DNA of 64,000 nt, from the NCBI GenBank assembly GCA_951406725.2, contig OX597828.1:558001-622000 (forward strand). Reading direction: 5' to 3'. The notes beneath the pieces are model-generated. The model worked only from the letters and a program-made list of their open reading frames with translations. It was not told the DNA's origin and searched no databases. The translations under genes and the position numbers were made by a program. The first letter of the stretch is position 1; each line of letters opens with the position of its first letter. This document shows, one piece after another, positions 34,744-53,700 of the stretch. The DNA comes from Octopus vulgaris (lineage: Eukaryota).

Positions 34744-34829
34744 TGTATGTATATATATATGTATGTATATATATATGTATATATATATATGTATGTATAT
34801 ATATATGTATATATATATATATATGTATG

Positions 34830-34860
<31 letters not shown>

Positions 34861-34863
34861 GCA

Positions 34864-35790
34864 TAATAATTCTTAAAAAAGAGATATAGACAGTAACTGC
34901 TCGATAACATAAGGGACTAAAGCCATCTGAATATGGCTAGGGACATAGGGTATATGTAGGATTGTTACTGTCATTTATAGGCACACATCGACGTCACCAG
35001 AAACAGGCCCGACACCGTCATGGTGTCCTTAACCTGCAAAGGGAGGTAATTCCCCGATGAAGCGGAAACATCACGGACCATGGTTTCAAGGTGCATTGCC
35101 TATCGTCGGCGTGTGGTAGGCTTCCGCTTCCTTGACGAATTCTCACTTGCAGGGATATTCATATATAGATTTTCAAGCAAAATACATTTGCTGATTTCGA
35201 AAATTCGAAAGCAATAAATAATTCTCTAAAAGAGATATAGACAGTAACTGCTCGATAACATAAGGGACTAAAGCCATCTGAATTACCTCCCTTTGCAGGT
35301 TAAGGACACCGTGATGGTGTCGGGCCTTTCTGGTGACGTCGATGTTCGCCTGGGGCTAAATGCAACAGTAACACCCCCACCACCTTGCCCTGTCCCTAGC
35401 CATATTCAGATTGCTTTAGTCCCTTATGTTATCGAGCAGTTACTGTCTATATCTCTTTTAGAGAATTATTATTGCTTTCGAACAGATTTTCGAAATCAGC
35501 AAATGTATTTTGCTTGAAAATCTATATATGAATATCCTGCAGAGTGAGAATTCGTCGAGGAAGCGGAAGCCTACCACACGCCGACGATAGGCAATACACC
35601 TTGAAACCATGGTCCGTGTGTGGTTTCCGTTTCATCGGGGAATTACCTCCCTTTGCAGGTTAAGGACACCGTGACGGTGTCGGGCCTTTCTGGTGACGTC
35701 GATGTTCGCCTGGGGCTAAATGCAACAGTAACACCCCCACCACCCTGCCCTGTCCCTAGCCATATTCAGATGGCTTTAGTCCCTTATGTT
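34864..35790. mobile_element. Non-coding ~360-bp unit in partial tandem plus inverted arrangement carrying a hammerhead (PLE pLTR / retrozyme-like)
   Basis: AATTACCTCCCTTTGCAGGTTAAGGACACC at 35281 and 35641 (period 360). 34864-35280 is the reverse complement. Hammerhead at 35575-35620 (+) and ~35072-35115 (-). Confidence 0.75.
35575..35620 (+). ncRNA. Type I hammerhead ribozyme, U4C core variant
   Basis: CACACG-CCGACGA-TAGG-CAATACA-CCTT-GAAA-CCATGG-T-C-CGTGTG. Stem I is extendable (GAAGCGGAA / TTCCGTTTC). GUC triplet. Confidence 0.7.
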
Positions 35791-35832
35791 ATATATATAT
35801 GTATATATATATATATATGTATATGTATATAT

Positions 35833-35884
<52 letters not shown>

Positions 35885-35885
35885 G

Positions 35886-35930
<45 letters not shown>

Positions 35931-36215
35931 GTATATATATATGTATATATGTGTATATATATATGTATATATATATATGTATGTGTATATATATATATGT
36001 ATATATATATATGTATATATATATATATGTATATATATATATGTATATGTATGTATATATATATATATGTATATATATATATGTATATGTATATATATAT
36101 ATGTATATGTATGTATATATATATATATGTATATGTATATATATATATGTATATGTATATATATATATGTATATATGTATATATATATATATATGTATAT
36201 ATATGTATATATATA

Positions 36216-39200
36216 CTCTTTTACTCTTTTACTTGTTTCAGCCATCCGGCTGAGGCCATGCTGGGGCACCGCCCTTGTTGCTACCCTCTCTAAGTTTAGT
36301 TTGCCGTGGCTGGCCACTGATCTAAGAGAGAGTTTGTAGCTGCTGCCCTTAGGTTACCTTCGTACCTTGCATTGGGTTCATCTGGGATCCCGGAAAGCAG
36401 CTTGTCTAGATGTTTTTTGAAAATGTCCACATCCGCATCATGTAGATCTCTTAGTTTTCTTGGCAGTTTGTTGAACAGCTGAGGGCCCCTGAACTCCAGG
36501 CTATTACAGTATCTGCTCCTTACCCTGGATGTGGAAGACGGGACCTTTGGCACCACACAGTGACGTCCTGTACGGGGATTGGAACAGCTCTCAATTCCAA
36601 AATTTGGTGCTAGTCCCTCCAGGATTTTCCATATGTATATCACTGCATATCTCTCTCGTCTTCGTTCCAAGGAGTACAAATTGAGTTCCCTAAGCCTCTC
36701 CCAATAGTTCTTTTCTTTCATGGTGGAAATCCTCTTGGTGAAATGTCTTTGGATTGTCTCAAGCTCTGTGGTTAGTTTGACACTATGCGGTGACCACAGT
36801 TGGGAGCAGTAGTCCAGGCGGCTTAGGACAAATGTCCTCCATAGTGTCAACATGGTCTCGCAGTCTCTTGTCCGGAATGTCCTCAGGATCCAGCCAGTGA
36901 GTCGTCTGCACATTGTCGCCACCTTCGCGATGTGTGAAGAAAAAGATGCATCGTCACTCATGTCTATCCCCAGGTCCCGTATTGATTTCGATACTGGGAT
37001 TTCGATCCCTCCTGGACCAGTATAGTTGTGTTGTAATGTATATGTGTTTACAGCTTGATATTGTAAGGCTTGAAATTTACCAGCATTAAATTGCATGTTG
37101 TTGTCTTCAGCCCATTTGTATATGGCATCCAGATCTTGTTGTAAAAGGTCAGCATCAGCTGGGTTTTTGATTGCCTGTGCTACCTTTGTGTCATCAGCAT
37201 AGCTAGTGAGGGATGTTGTTTGTGCTACCAAGGGCATGTCAGAGAGCGCCACCAAAAACAGCAAGGGTCCCAAGACTGTGCCCTGTGGCACCCCGCTTGC
37301 TATTGGTGTCTTTCCCGAGAGGGCTCCATTGGCTGCAACCATCTGGCTTCTGTCCTTCAGGAAGTCATGTATCCACTCTCCTACTTTTCCTGTTATGCCG
37401 AGTCTGAGTAATTTGTGACATATCACTCCGTGGTCGACTTTGTTAAAGGCCTTCGCAAAGTCGAGATATACCACATCCACCTGTGAGCGATCCAGTAGTT
37501 GTTTCAGTACCCAGTCGTAGTGTTGTAACAGCTGCGTAAGGCAGCTTCTTCCTGGGTGAAAGCCATGCTGTGTGTCAGTGAGATGGTTAGTTTCTTCGAG
37601 GAACGTGATCAGTTTTTTTCTGATGATTCGTTCCATGACCTTACTTATGTGTGACGTCAGGGAGACTGGCCTGTAGTTTTTGGCCTCTGCTCTACTCCCT
37701 CCTTTGTGGATAGGGCATATGGTGCCTTCTTTTAGCGCCCTGGGCAGTTTACCGTTAGCCAAGGAACCACTGAAGAGCTTCTTCAGTAGTCCCGCTAGGG
37801 CATGCCTGCATGTTTTTAGTAGGACTGCTGGGAATCCATCTGGTCCAGCAGCTGAGTTTATTCTCATTTCTTCTATGGCAGATATTACATCCCTCTCTGT
37901 TATGTCTATGTGGTCGATGGTTGTTGTTTGGTTTTGGAGTGTTGTGGCATCAAAGAAAATTTCTGGGTTTGTGATTTGCATGTGCCCCAGAGGGGATGTG
38001 AACACACTTTTATACTGTTCCTTTAGTATTTCACTTATCCCTTGGGGGTCCTCAGTTAGAGAGCCCTTTTTATCAAAGAGTGGGCCAATCTTGCAGTGTA
38101 CCGAGGTGGTTTCTTTCGCAAATTTAAAGAAGGCTTTAGGGTTTGTTTTAATATTCTCTATGGCCCTGGCTTCTCTCTCTGCCCTCTCCTTCTCATAGGA
38201 AAGTTTGAGTGCAGTTTCCGTTTCAAAAAGTTTCAGGTGGAGTCCCTCATTGTTTCTCTGCCGTGCATTCAGTTGCTTCGAGAGCTTAGCTCTTCGCCTC
38301 ATAAGTATTTTCCTGTCTCTGGGAATAACGTTCCTATGCCCGCTGGCTTTTTTCTCCGGGACAAACTTATGGCATATGTTCTGTATTGTTGTCATGAAAT
38401 GTTGGAAATGTGTGTTGGTGTCTTGTGTGGTGATGAAGTCACTCCAGTCATGTTTTCGGATCTCTTCGTTGATCTTCTTCCAGTTTGCCTTATGGAAGTT
38501 TAGACTGGATAGGCCTGTGGTATTTTCTAATGGCTGCGTCTCAACTAACTCTCTCATACCATATATCATTACCTCTACTAAGTTGTGATCTTAGAGAATT
38601 GTTGGTGTTACCATTATGTTGTGGATGAGCATCGGGTTGCTTGTGAAACAGAGGTCCAAGACATTCTCACCTCTTGTTGGCTGAAGCACTGCTTGTTCCA
38701 TGAAAAACTTGCGTGTGAGAGCCAACAAGGACTCTGTCTGTCTCTGTTCAAGTGATGTCATTCCAGGGAGGAGATGGCCATCTGGCCATTTGACTTTCGG
38801 AAGGTTAAAATCTCCCAGCAGTAGAATGGTGTTACCCTGGTCCAGTTTGTCCAGGACTTCTTCTATTCTTCTGAGGCTATCTTCAAACACTCCTTCATGA
38901 CTAGGGGTGTCTGGTGGCCGATATGTGACACATATTACTATTTTCGGTTGTTTCATGTGTACTATCAGTGTGTCACAGACTGAGTTTGAGTGTGTCAACA
39001 GTACTATGGGTGTGACATCTTCACGGACGTACAGGGCAACCCCACCATGAGTTCTTTCCTTCCTGTCTGACCGAAAAACAGTATACTTTGGTACGTGTAT
39101 TTCTGCATCTGCTATACTGCTTGACAGGTGCGTTTCAGTCAGCGCTATGCATATTGCATGGTTGCTTGTGCTTAAGTCCCTAAGGTAAGGAATTTTACTC

Positions 39201-40166
39201 ATATTAGTGGGTTTCACCAGACCTCTGACATTCAGCAGAAGCACTGGTGAGATATTTGGGGTGTCAATAAAGGCTGACGGTGTGGCACCTGGGCTGGTGT
39301 CAGCGGTGGCCACCCTGGGTCCCTTGATTGTGGTGGTCTTGAGTGCTGTTGTGAGTGCCCCTGGCTCTGAAGACGATGTATCCAGGCCAGTTGTCCCACA
39401 ATTTTCTCTGCTATTTCCACAAAATTTCTTTGTTCTGCTGCCGCCGTCTGCATTTCCTCTGCAAATGTGCGCCTTCTCCTTGTTGGGGCATTACGCACTA
39501 TGTCTGCATATTTCTGGGGCAGCTTGTATTTGTTCTGGTTTTGGTTTCTGGTCTTGGTTTTGGTTAAGGCATTTTGGTCGAGTGGGTTTGATGCAATTTC
39601 CATAGGGCCTGGGATGAGCGAACCTGCATCCTTCCCCTGTTTCTCCATGCCAGCAGGTTCCATTCCGGAAGAATTTGCATGTTATCTGGGTTTTCTTGTC
39701 CCCAGTTCCTCTCTGTTTTCTCTTCCTCCGTTGGACGGTTGTCCACTGGTTCCTTCCTGCATAGGTATTTTCATCCGGGTGGTTATTTTCCGTTTCCCCA
39801 TCGCCGCCTATCTGTTGTTTGCCCTGCTTGCCTTCTTCGACTGTGGCAGTGGGCGTGTCATTTTTTGACACTCTGTGGTTGGTGTTTCCTGTTTCCATCT
39901 CTCTCTCTTTGTCTTTGTCCACCTTGAGGACTTGGCTTAGCAAAGCCATGTGTGGTGCAATGAGAGTGTAGGCCCTTTCGACTTCTCTTTTTCTTCCTCT
40001 CTACTTGCGCCAACGTCCTCATAAAGCCATGGCTTTTCAGGGTCGCCGCTATGTTTTTAGTTGGTTGCGATCTGTCGGCCGAGCTCCATCCTCTGATGAA
40101 AACTTCCAGCTCTACTTTCATCCAGTTACGCTGGCATTTGTTGACGCCAGTGTTTGCATTTACCTC
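36216..40166 (-). mobile_element. Near-full-length CR1/L2-group LINE (family B): ORF1 remnants plus APE-RT ORF2
   Basis: ORF2 39313-36296: LLNVRGL...IALTETHL...[12 protein letters not shown]...YRPP...LLGDFN...LDLCF (APE), then RT with YADD. One in-frame TAA at 38591-38593. (GTAAAAGA)n-like tail. (TA)n flanks. Confidence 0.95.
36296..39313 (-). pseudogene. LINE ORF2 (apurinic-like endonuclease + reverse transcriptase), single premature stop
   Basis: ORFs 38591-39313 and 36296-38569 are in the same frame. The stop replaces the S of the APE SDH motif (PTIL*DHNL). Confidence 0.9.
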
Positions 40167-40174
40167 TATATATA

Positions 40175-40233
<59 letters not shown>

Positions 40234-40282
40234 CTATATATATATATGTATATGTATATATATATATCTATATATATATATG

Positions 40283-40313
<31 letters not shown>

Positions 40314-40500
40314 GTATATATATGTATATATATATGTATATATATATATGTATATATATGTATATATATATATGTATATATATGTATATATATATATATA
40401 TGTATATATATGTATATATATATATGTATATATATGTATATATATATGTATATATATATATATGTATATATATGTATATATATATATATGTATATATATG

Positions 40501-40531
<31 letters not shown>

Positions 40532-40538
40532 GTATATA

Positions 40539-40615
<77 letters not shown>

Positions 40616-40638
40616 GTATATATATATATGTATATATA

Positions 40639-40671
<33 letters not shown>

Positions 40672-40678
40672 ATGTATA

Positions 40679-40729
<51 letters not shown>

Positions 40730-40770
40730 GTATATATATATATGTATATATATATGTATATATATATATG

Positions 40771-40885
<115 letters not shown>

Positions 40886-41072
40886 GTATATATATATGTA
40901 TATATATATATATATGTATATATATATGTATATATATATATGTATATATATGTATATATATGTATATATATATATGTATATATATGTATATATATGTATA
41001 TATATATATGTATATATATATGTATATATATGTATATATATATATATATGTATATATATATGTATATATATG

Positions 41073-41107
<35 letters not shown>

Positions 41108-41127
41108 ATATGTATATGTATATATAT

Positions 41128-42780
41128 AAATCCTTAAATCCTTAAAAATGTTTATATATACGTGCAACACGTGTATTCACGAGTATTGTTCTAGTTGCAA
41201 AACCACTATCTAAAAGCTGAATGAGCTACACTAGTTCTTCTGGCCACAGTGATCTAGAAGAGTTTGTACTTGATCAACTTAAGGTCTGATTCGCTGCTGC
41301 AGACAATTTCGGCTTCCTGATAACATCGAGGTAGGTTCATCTGGAAGAACTTCCTTAATGTTTAGGAAAGATGCTGCTTATTTATTATGTTCAGAAACCC
41401 ACATCTCTTATATATGGCATGTTTGTCTTCAGGCATTTAGGGAGGATGTATATAAGAGCTATATATAGTATCTGCTCATGATATATATATGTATAAGACG
41501 GGTCCTTTGGCACCTATATATTTATGATTGATTGATTGATTGGATTGATTGATTCATATAAGCTCCTCTGTATTCCAATATATATATATAATGCCAAAGT
41601 ATATATATATATATATATTTTCCATATGTATATCACTGCATATCTCTATCTCGTCTTCGTTCCAAGGGAGTATAAATTGAGGTTATAATACCTTCAGTCA
41701 TATATAGTATATATATATATATCATGATGGATATATATATATATATATAAATGCTATATATGGATTGTATCGAGTTCTGCTGTTTAGTTATTATATATGT
41801 GGTGTGTTGGGAGCAGTAGTCCAAGTGGCTGAGGACAAATGTATATATATATACATATATCATCAGTGTCTCTTGTCGGAATTGTCCTATCAGGACATCC
41901 ATCCAGCATAAGTATCTGCATATTTTATCACCATATATATATATGCATATATGTGATATAATATATCATATATGCATCGTCATATGATATATGCACTGAT
42001 ATATATATATGAATTTCGATACTGGGATAATCCAATCAATCAATCATGTCATATACCTTGTGTATGATATATGGATACATATACCTGCATATATATACAT
42101 ATTGATATTGTATATACCTATATATATATATACCAGCATGTGCTGCAGATGGCGCTGAACTAATAACAAGTGTGTTAGGACGTCTCTCTGCCTAAACATT
42201 AGCAAGTTCTTCCAGAGCATCGATTGTTATCAAACTGAAATGTCTGCAAAGGCCACTAATATAGAGTGAAAATCAGCAAGACAAGTCACTGTATTTGAGA
42301 AGAATATTATTTCGCGTTTTTGATATAGGTGTTTTGCAACTAAAACATACTGCACTGTAATACCGTGTCTAAAATTTTACAGTTGTGCATTACTTTCCAG
42401 AAAGTCGAAATTAATTTATTCTTCAGTTTGTGAATCAGATCATACCACAGGATCGACTTTATCGTTTTTGCATGTCAAGATCTGCTATTGATTCTGATAT
42501 ACATATTTGTGTGTGTGGCCATGTTTAGTAGCTGTGGCACCCCGCTGCATAGTGTGTGTGTGTGCTGTGTCCCGTGCAGGGCTGTCGTGTGTCGCTGCAA
42601 ATCCATGCTGTGCTGTGTGTATGTATAGTCATATATCATGTATATATTCAAGGAACATGATTAGTTTATATACGGACTATATCGTATGAGTAATTTGTAT
42701 ATATATATGTGTATGAGGTCAGAGAGATATGCCTATAATATTATATATGCCTATCTGCAAAGTATACCTCCCTTATGGAT
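41128..42780 (-). other. Degraded chimera of LINE families A and B interleaved with TA runs
   Basis: Starts with the family A tail (AAATCCTTAAATCCTTAAAAATG). Alternates A-like and B-like fragments in RT order, broken by atatat patches. Confidence 0.7.
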
Positions 42781-47274
<4,494 letters not shown>

Positions 47275-49103
47275 TAAGTGAAATACTGAACGAACAGTTC
47301 CAAAGTGTGTTCACTACACCTCTAGGACACAGGCAAGTAAACAACCCAGAAGAATTCTTTGCCACTTTACCAGCGGCCAAAGAGACAAAAATTGAGTACA
47401 TCAACATCGAAGAAGATGATATCACACTAGCCATTGATGAGATTGACACAAACTCAGCTGCTGGACCTGATGGATTCCCAGCGATCCTTCTCAAATCGTG
47501 CAAACGAGCCCTTGCAAAACCGCTACAGCTTCTTTTCAGAGCTTTCTTGCAAGTGGTAAGCTCCCAATCAAACTGAAAGAGGGAGTAATATGCCCTATCC
47601 ATAAGGGAGGTAGCAGAGCAGATGCTAAAAATTATAGGCCTATCTCTCTGACCTCACACATCAGCAAAGTCATGGAACGAATAGTCCGTAAGAAACTAAT
47701 CATGTTCCTTGAAGAAAATGACTTACTGTCTGACACCCAGCATGGATTTCGACCAGGTAGAGGCTTGCCTGACACAGCTCCTGCAACACTATGACTGGGT
47801 GTTGAAACAGCTACTAAATGGCTCAAATGTGGATGTAATATATCTTGACTTTGCAAAAAGCCTTTGATAAAGTCGACCATGGTATGATCTGTCACAAACT
47901 GCGTGGTCTCGGCATAGGCGGGAAACTTGGAGAGTGGCTGCACAACTTCCTAAAAGACAGAAAACAGGCAGTTGTGAGCAATGGAGCCACCTCCAGGGAA
48001 ACGCAAATAACAAGCGGTGTCCCACAGGGCACTGCTGTCTTGGGGCCACTGATGTTCATAGTGGCCCTTTCAGACATGCCTTCAGTTGCTACAATGACCA
48101 CCCTTGCTAGCTATGCAGATGACACAAAAGTCTCCCACGCAATACAAAACCCTGAAAATATTGCGCATCTGCAACATGAGCTGGACACAATATACAGGTG
48201 GGCTGAGGACAACAACATGCAGTTTAATGCAGGTAAGTTCCAGGCCCTGCGCTACTGGCACACAAAGGTAAATGACGTGAAGACTGGATACACTGGCCCA
48301 GGAAGAATTGCAATCCCTGAGTCAAAATCAGTGCGTGACCTGGGCATTGACATGAGCAATGATGCATCTTTCCAAATGCATATTGCTAATCTGGTGATAA
48401 AATGCAGACGGCTAGCTGGATGGATTCTCCGAACTTTCAGAACAAGAGAGAAGGAGACACTGATGGTCCTATGGAAAACATTTGTCCTCAGCCGCTTGGA
48501 CTACTGCTCCCAACTTTGGTCACCACACAATATAAAACAAACAGCAGAACTCGAAGCAACTCAGAGAAGCTACACAAAGAAAATCGTCTCAATGCAAAAT
48601 GTCAGCTACTGGGAAAGACTGAAGGTATTAAACCTCTTCTCCCTGGAGCGGAGGCGGGAGAGATATGCAGTGATATACATCTGGAAAATCCTGGAGGGTC
48701 TTGTCCCAAACTTTGGCATTCAAAGTTACTCCAACCGCAAACGGGCGCCTCTGCGTGGTGCCAAGGATTCCAGCATCACCATCAAAATACAGGTCCAGAT
48801 ACTGCAACAGCTTGGGTTTCAGAGGACCACAGCTCTTTAACATCCTCCCTAAATGCCTGAGAGACTTACATGGTGTGGATGTGGGTTTCTTTAAAACTAA
48901 ACTGGATCTCTTCTTGTTGGGAGTCCCAGATGAACCTACCTCCCGACAGGAGACACGGATGCGGGCAGCAGCATCGAACTCCCTTGTTGATCAAGTGCCA
49001 CGTATCAGAGGTGGATTCACAAACTAGTGTAGCTCATTCAGCGGTGGTGCCCCAGCATGGCCGCGGCCTTCGGGCTAAAACATTTTTAAGGATTTAAGGA
49101 TTT
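47275..49103 (+). mobile_element. LINE family A copy, 5'-truncated, several 1-3-bp indels
   Basis: Near-identical reverse complement of ~28744-30569. Split into ORFs 47498, 47845 and 48701 by small indels. Confidence 0.95.
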
Positions 49104-49123
49104 ATATATATACATATACATAT

Positions 49124-49174
<51 letters not shown>

Positions 49175-49189
49175 TATACATATATATAC

Positions 49190-49228
<39 letters not shown>

Positions 49229-49701
49229 ATTTTAATCCAAACGGGAAACAAAAAAACAACAACAATAACAATTACAGTATTATAGGAAATGGAAGCAGGG
49301 AGGTATATAGCGGAGCTCTTCGTCGGAAACATAAAGATCCCGGAGCGGGCATACGGATATATATAAAAAAACGGCTATGTTAGGAGTAGCACATGGTGAT
49401 AGGCGGATGTTTACGATATATAAGAGCATAGTGGGTATTTAAAGGCAATAGTGGATACAAGGTTGGTAACGCAACAGAGGTGTGTGTATGTGTGAGTGTG
49501 TGCGTGTGCGTGTGTGTATGTGTGTGTGTGAGCGAGGTAAAAAAACAAAAATATATGTATGTGTTAGTGTGTGCGTCTGTGTGTAGGCGTGTGAGGTAGG
49601 GCGAGACGGTGGTCAAAGCATTAGCAGCAGCATAGCAGACAAAGGTCAGTAGTGATATATATATATATGTATATATATATATATGGGGAAGGGGTGGGGG
49701 C

Positions 49702-50448
<747 letters not shown>

Positions 50449-50457
50449 CATATATAC

Positions 50458-50762
<305 letters not shown>

Positions 50763-50764
50763 TA

Positions 50765-53700
50765 TCAAGGGACCCAGGGTATACGCCGGCCCAGGTGCCA
50801 CACCGTCAGCCTTTATTGACACCCCGGGTGTCTCACCAGTGCTTCTGCTGAATGTCAGAGGTCTGGTGAAACCCACTAATATGGGTAAAATTCCTTACCT
50901 TAGGGACTTGAGCACAAGCAACCATGCAATATGCATAGCGCTGACTGAAACGCACCTGTCAAGCAGTATAGCAGATGCAGAAATACACATACCGAAGTAT
51001 ACTGTTTTTCGGTCGGACAGGAAGGAAAGAACTCATGGTGGGGTTGCCCTGTACGTCCGTGAAGATGTCACACCCATAGTACTGTTGACACACTCAAACT
51101 CAGTCTGTGACACACTGATAGTACACATGAAACAACCGAAAATAGTAATATGTGTCACATATCGGCCACCAGACACCCCTAGTCATGAAGGAGTGTTTGA
51201 AGATAGCCTCAGAAAGAATAGAAGTCCTGGACAAACTGGACCAGGGTTACACAAAAGTCAAATGGCCAGATGGCCATCTCTCCCTGGAATGACATCACTT
51301 GAACAGAGACAGACAGAGTCCTTGTTGGCTCTCACATATGACACCAACACACATTTCCAACATTTCATGACAACAATACAGAACATATCCAGAAAACATG
51401 ACTGGAGTGACTTCATCACCACACAAGACACCAACACACATTTCCAACATTTCATGACAACAATACAGAACATATGCCATAAGTTTGTCCCGGAGAAAGC
51501 CAGCGGGCATAGGAACGTTATTCCCAGAGACAGGAAAATACTTATGAGGCGAAGAGCTAAGCTCTCGAAGCAACTGAACGCACGGCAGAGAAACAATGAG
51601 GGACTCCACCTGAAACTTTTTGAAACGGAAACTGCACTCAAACTTTCCTATGAGAAGGAGAGGGCAGAGAGAGAAGCCAGGGCCATAGAGAATATTAAAA
51701 CAAACCCTAAAGCCTTCTTTAAATTTGCGAAAGAAACCACCTCGGTACACTGCAAGATTGGCCCACTCTTTGATAAAAGGACTCTCTAACTGAGGACCCC
51801 CAAGGGATAAGTGAAATACTAAAGGAACAGTATAAAAGTGTGTTCACATCCCCTCTGGGGCACATGCAAATCACAAACCCAGAAGTTTTCTTTGATGCCA
51901 CAACACTCCAAAACCAAACAACAACCATCGACCACATAGACATAACAGAGAGGGATGTAATATCTGCCATAGAAGAAATGAGAATAAACTCAGCTGCTGG
52001 ACCAGACTGGATTCCCAGCAGTCCTCCTAAAAACATGCAGGCATGCCCTAGCGGGACCACTGAAGAAGCTCTTCAGTGGTTCCTTGGCTAACGGTAAACT
52101 GCCCAGGGCGCTAAAAGAAGGCACCATATGCCCTATCCACAAAGGAGGGAGTAGAGCAGAGGCCAAAAACTACAGGCCAGTCTCCCTGACGTCACACATA
52201 AGTAAGGTCATGGAACGAATCGTCAGAAAAAAACTGATCACGTTCCTCGAAGAAACTAACCGTCTCACTGACACACAGCATGGCTTTCGCCCAGGAAGAA
52301 GCTGCCTTACGCAGCTGTTACAACACTACGACTGGGTACTGAAACAACTACTGGATCGCTCACAGGTGGATGTGGTATATCTCGACTTTGCGAAGGCCTT
52401 TGACAAAGTCGACCACGGAGTGATATGTCACAAATTACTCAGACTCGGCATAACAGGAAAAGTAGGTGAGTGGATACATGACTTCCTGAAGGACAGAAGC
52501 CAGATGGTTGCAGCCAATGGAGCCCTCTCGGGAAAGACACCAATAGCAAGTGGGGTGCCACAGGGCACAGTCTTGGGACCCTTGCTGTTTTTGGTGGCGC
52601 TCTCTGACATGCCCTTGGTAGCACAAACAACATCCCTCACTAGCTATGCTGATGACACAAAGGTAGCACAGGCAATCAAAAACCCAGCTGATGCTGACCT
52701 TTTACAACAAGATCTGGATGCCATATACAAATGGGCTGAAGACAACAACATGCAATTTAATGCTGGTAAATTTCAAGCCTTACAATATCAAGCTGTAAAC
52801 ACATATACATTACAACACAACTATACTGGTCCAGGAGGGATCGAAATCCCAGTATCGAAATCAATACGGGACCTGGGGATAGACATGAGTGACGATGCAT
52901 CTTTTTCTTCACACATCGCGAAGGTGGCGACAATGTGCAGACGACTCACTGGCTGGATCCTGAGGACATTCCGGACAAGAGACTGCGAGACCATGTTGAC
53001 ACTATGGAGGACATTTGTCCTAAGCCGCCTGGACTACTGCTCCCAACTGTGGTCACCGCATAGTGTCAAACTAACCACAGAGCTTGAGACAATCCAAAGA
53101 CATTTCACCAAGAGGATTTCCACCATGAAAGAAAAGAACTATTGGGAGAGGCTTAGGGAACTCAATTTGTACTCCTTGGAACGAAGACGGAGAGATATGC
53201 AGTGATATACATATGGAAAATCCTGGAGGGACTAGCACCAAATTTTGGAATTGAGAGCTGTTCCAATCCCCAGTCTCCCTGACGTCACACATAAGTAAGG
53301 TCATGGAACGAATCATCAGAAAAAAACTGATCACGTTCCTCGAAGAAACTAACCATCTCACTGACACACAGCATGGCTTTCGCCCAGGAAGAAGCTGCCT
53401 TACGCAGCTGTTACAACACTACGACTGGGTACTGAAACAACTACTGGATCGCTCACAGGTGGATGTGGTATATCTCGACTTTGCGAAGGCCTTTAACAAA
53501 GTTGACCACGGAGTGATATGTCACAAATTACTCAGACTCGGCATAACAGGAAAAGTAGGAGAGTGGATACATGACTTCCTGAAGGACAGAAGCCAGATGG
53601 TTGCAGCCAATGGAGCCCTCTCGGGAAAGACACCAATAGCAAGCGGGGTGCCACAGGGCACAGTCTTGGGACCCTTGCTGTTTTTGGTGGCGCTCTCTGA

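Noticed and set aside
35293-35790. 74-aa ORF (QVKDTV...PPPPCPVP) in the 360-bp unit
   Set aside because: Non-ATG start, no domain similarity, and it recurs only because the unit is repeated.
38591-38593. Programmed stop read-through between APE and RT
   Set aside because: The stop falls in the conserved SDH motif (TCA to TAA is one substitution), so simple mutation or sequence error is more parsimonious.
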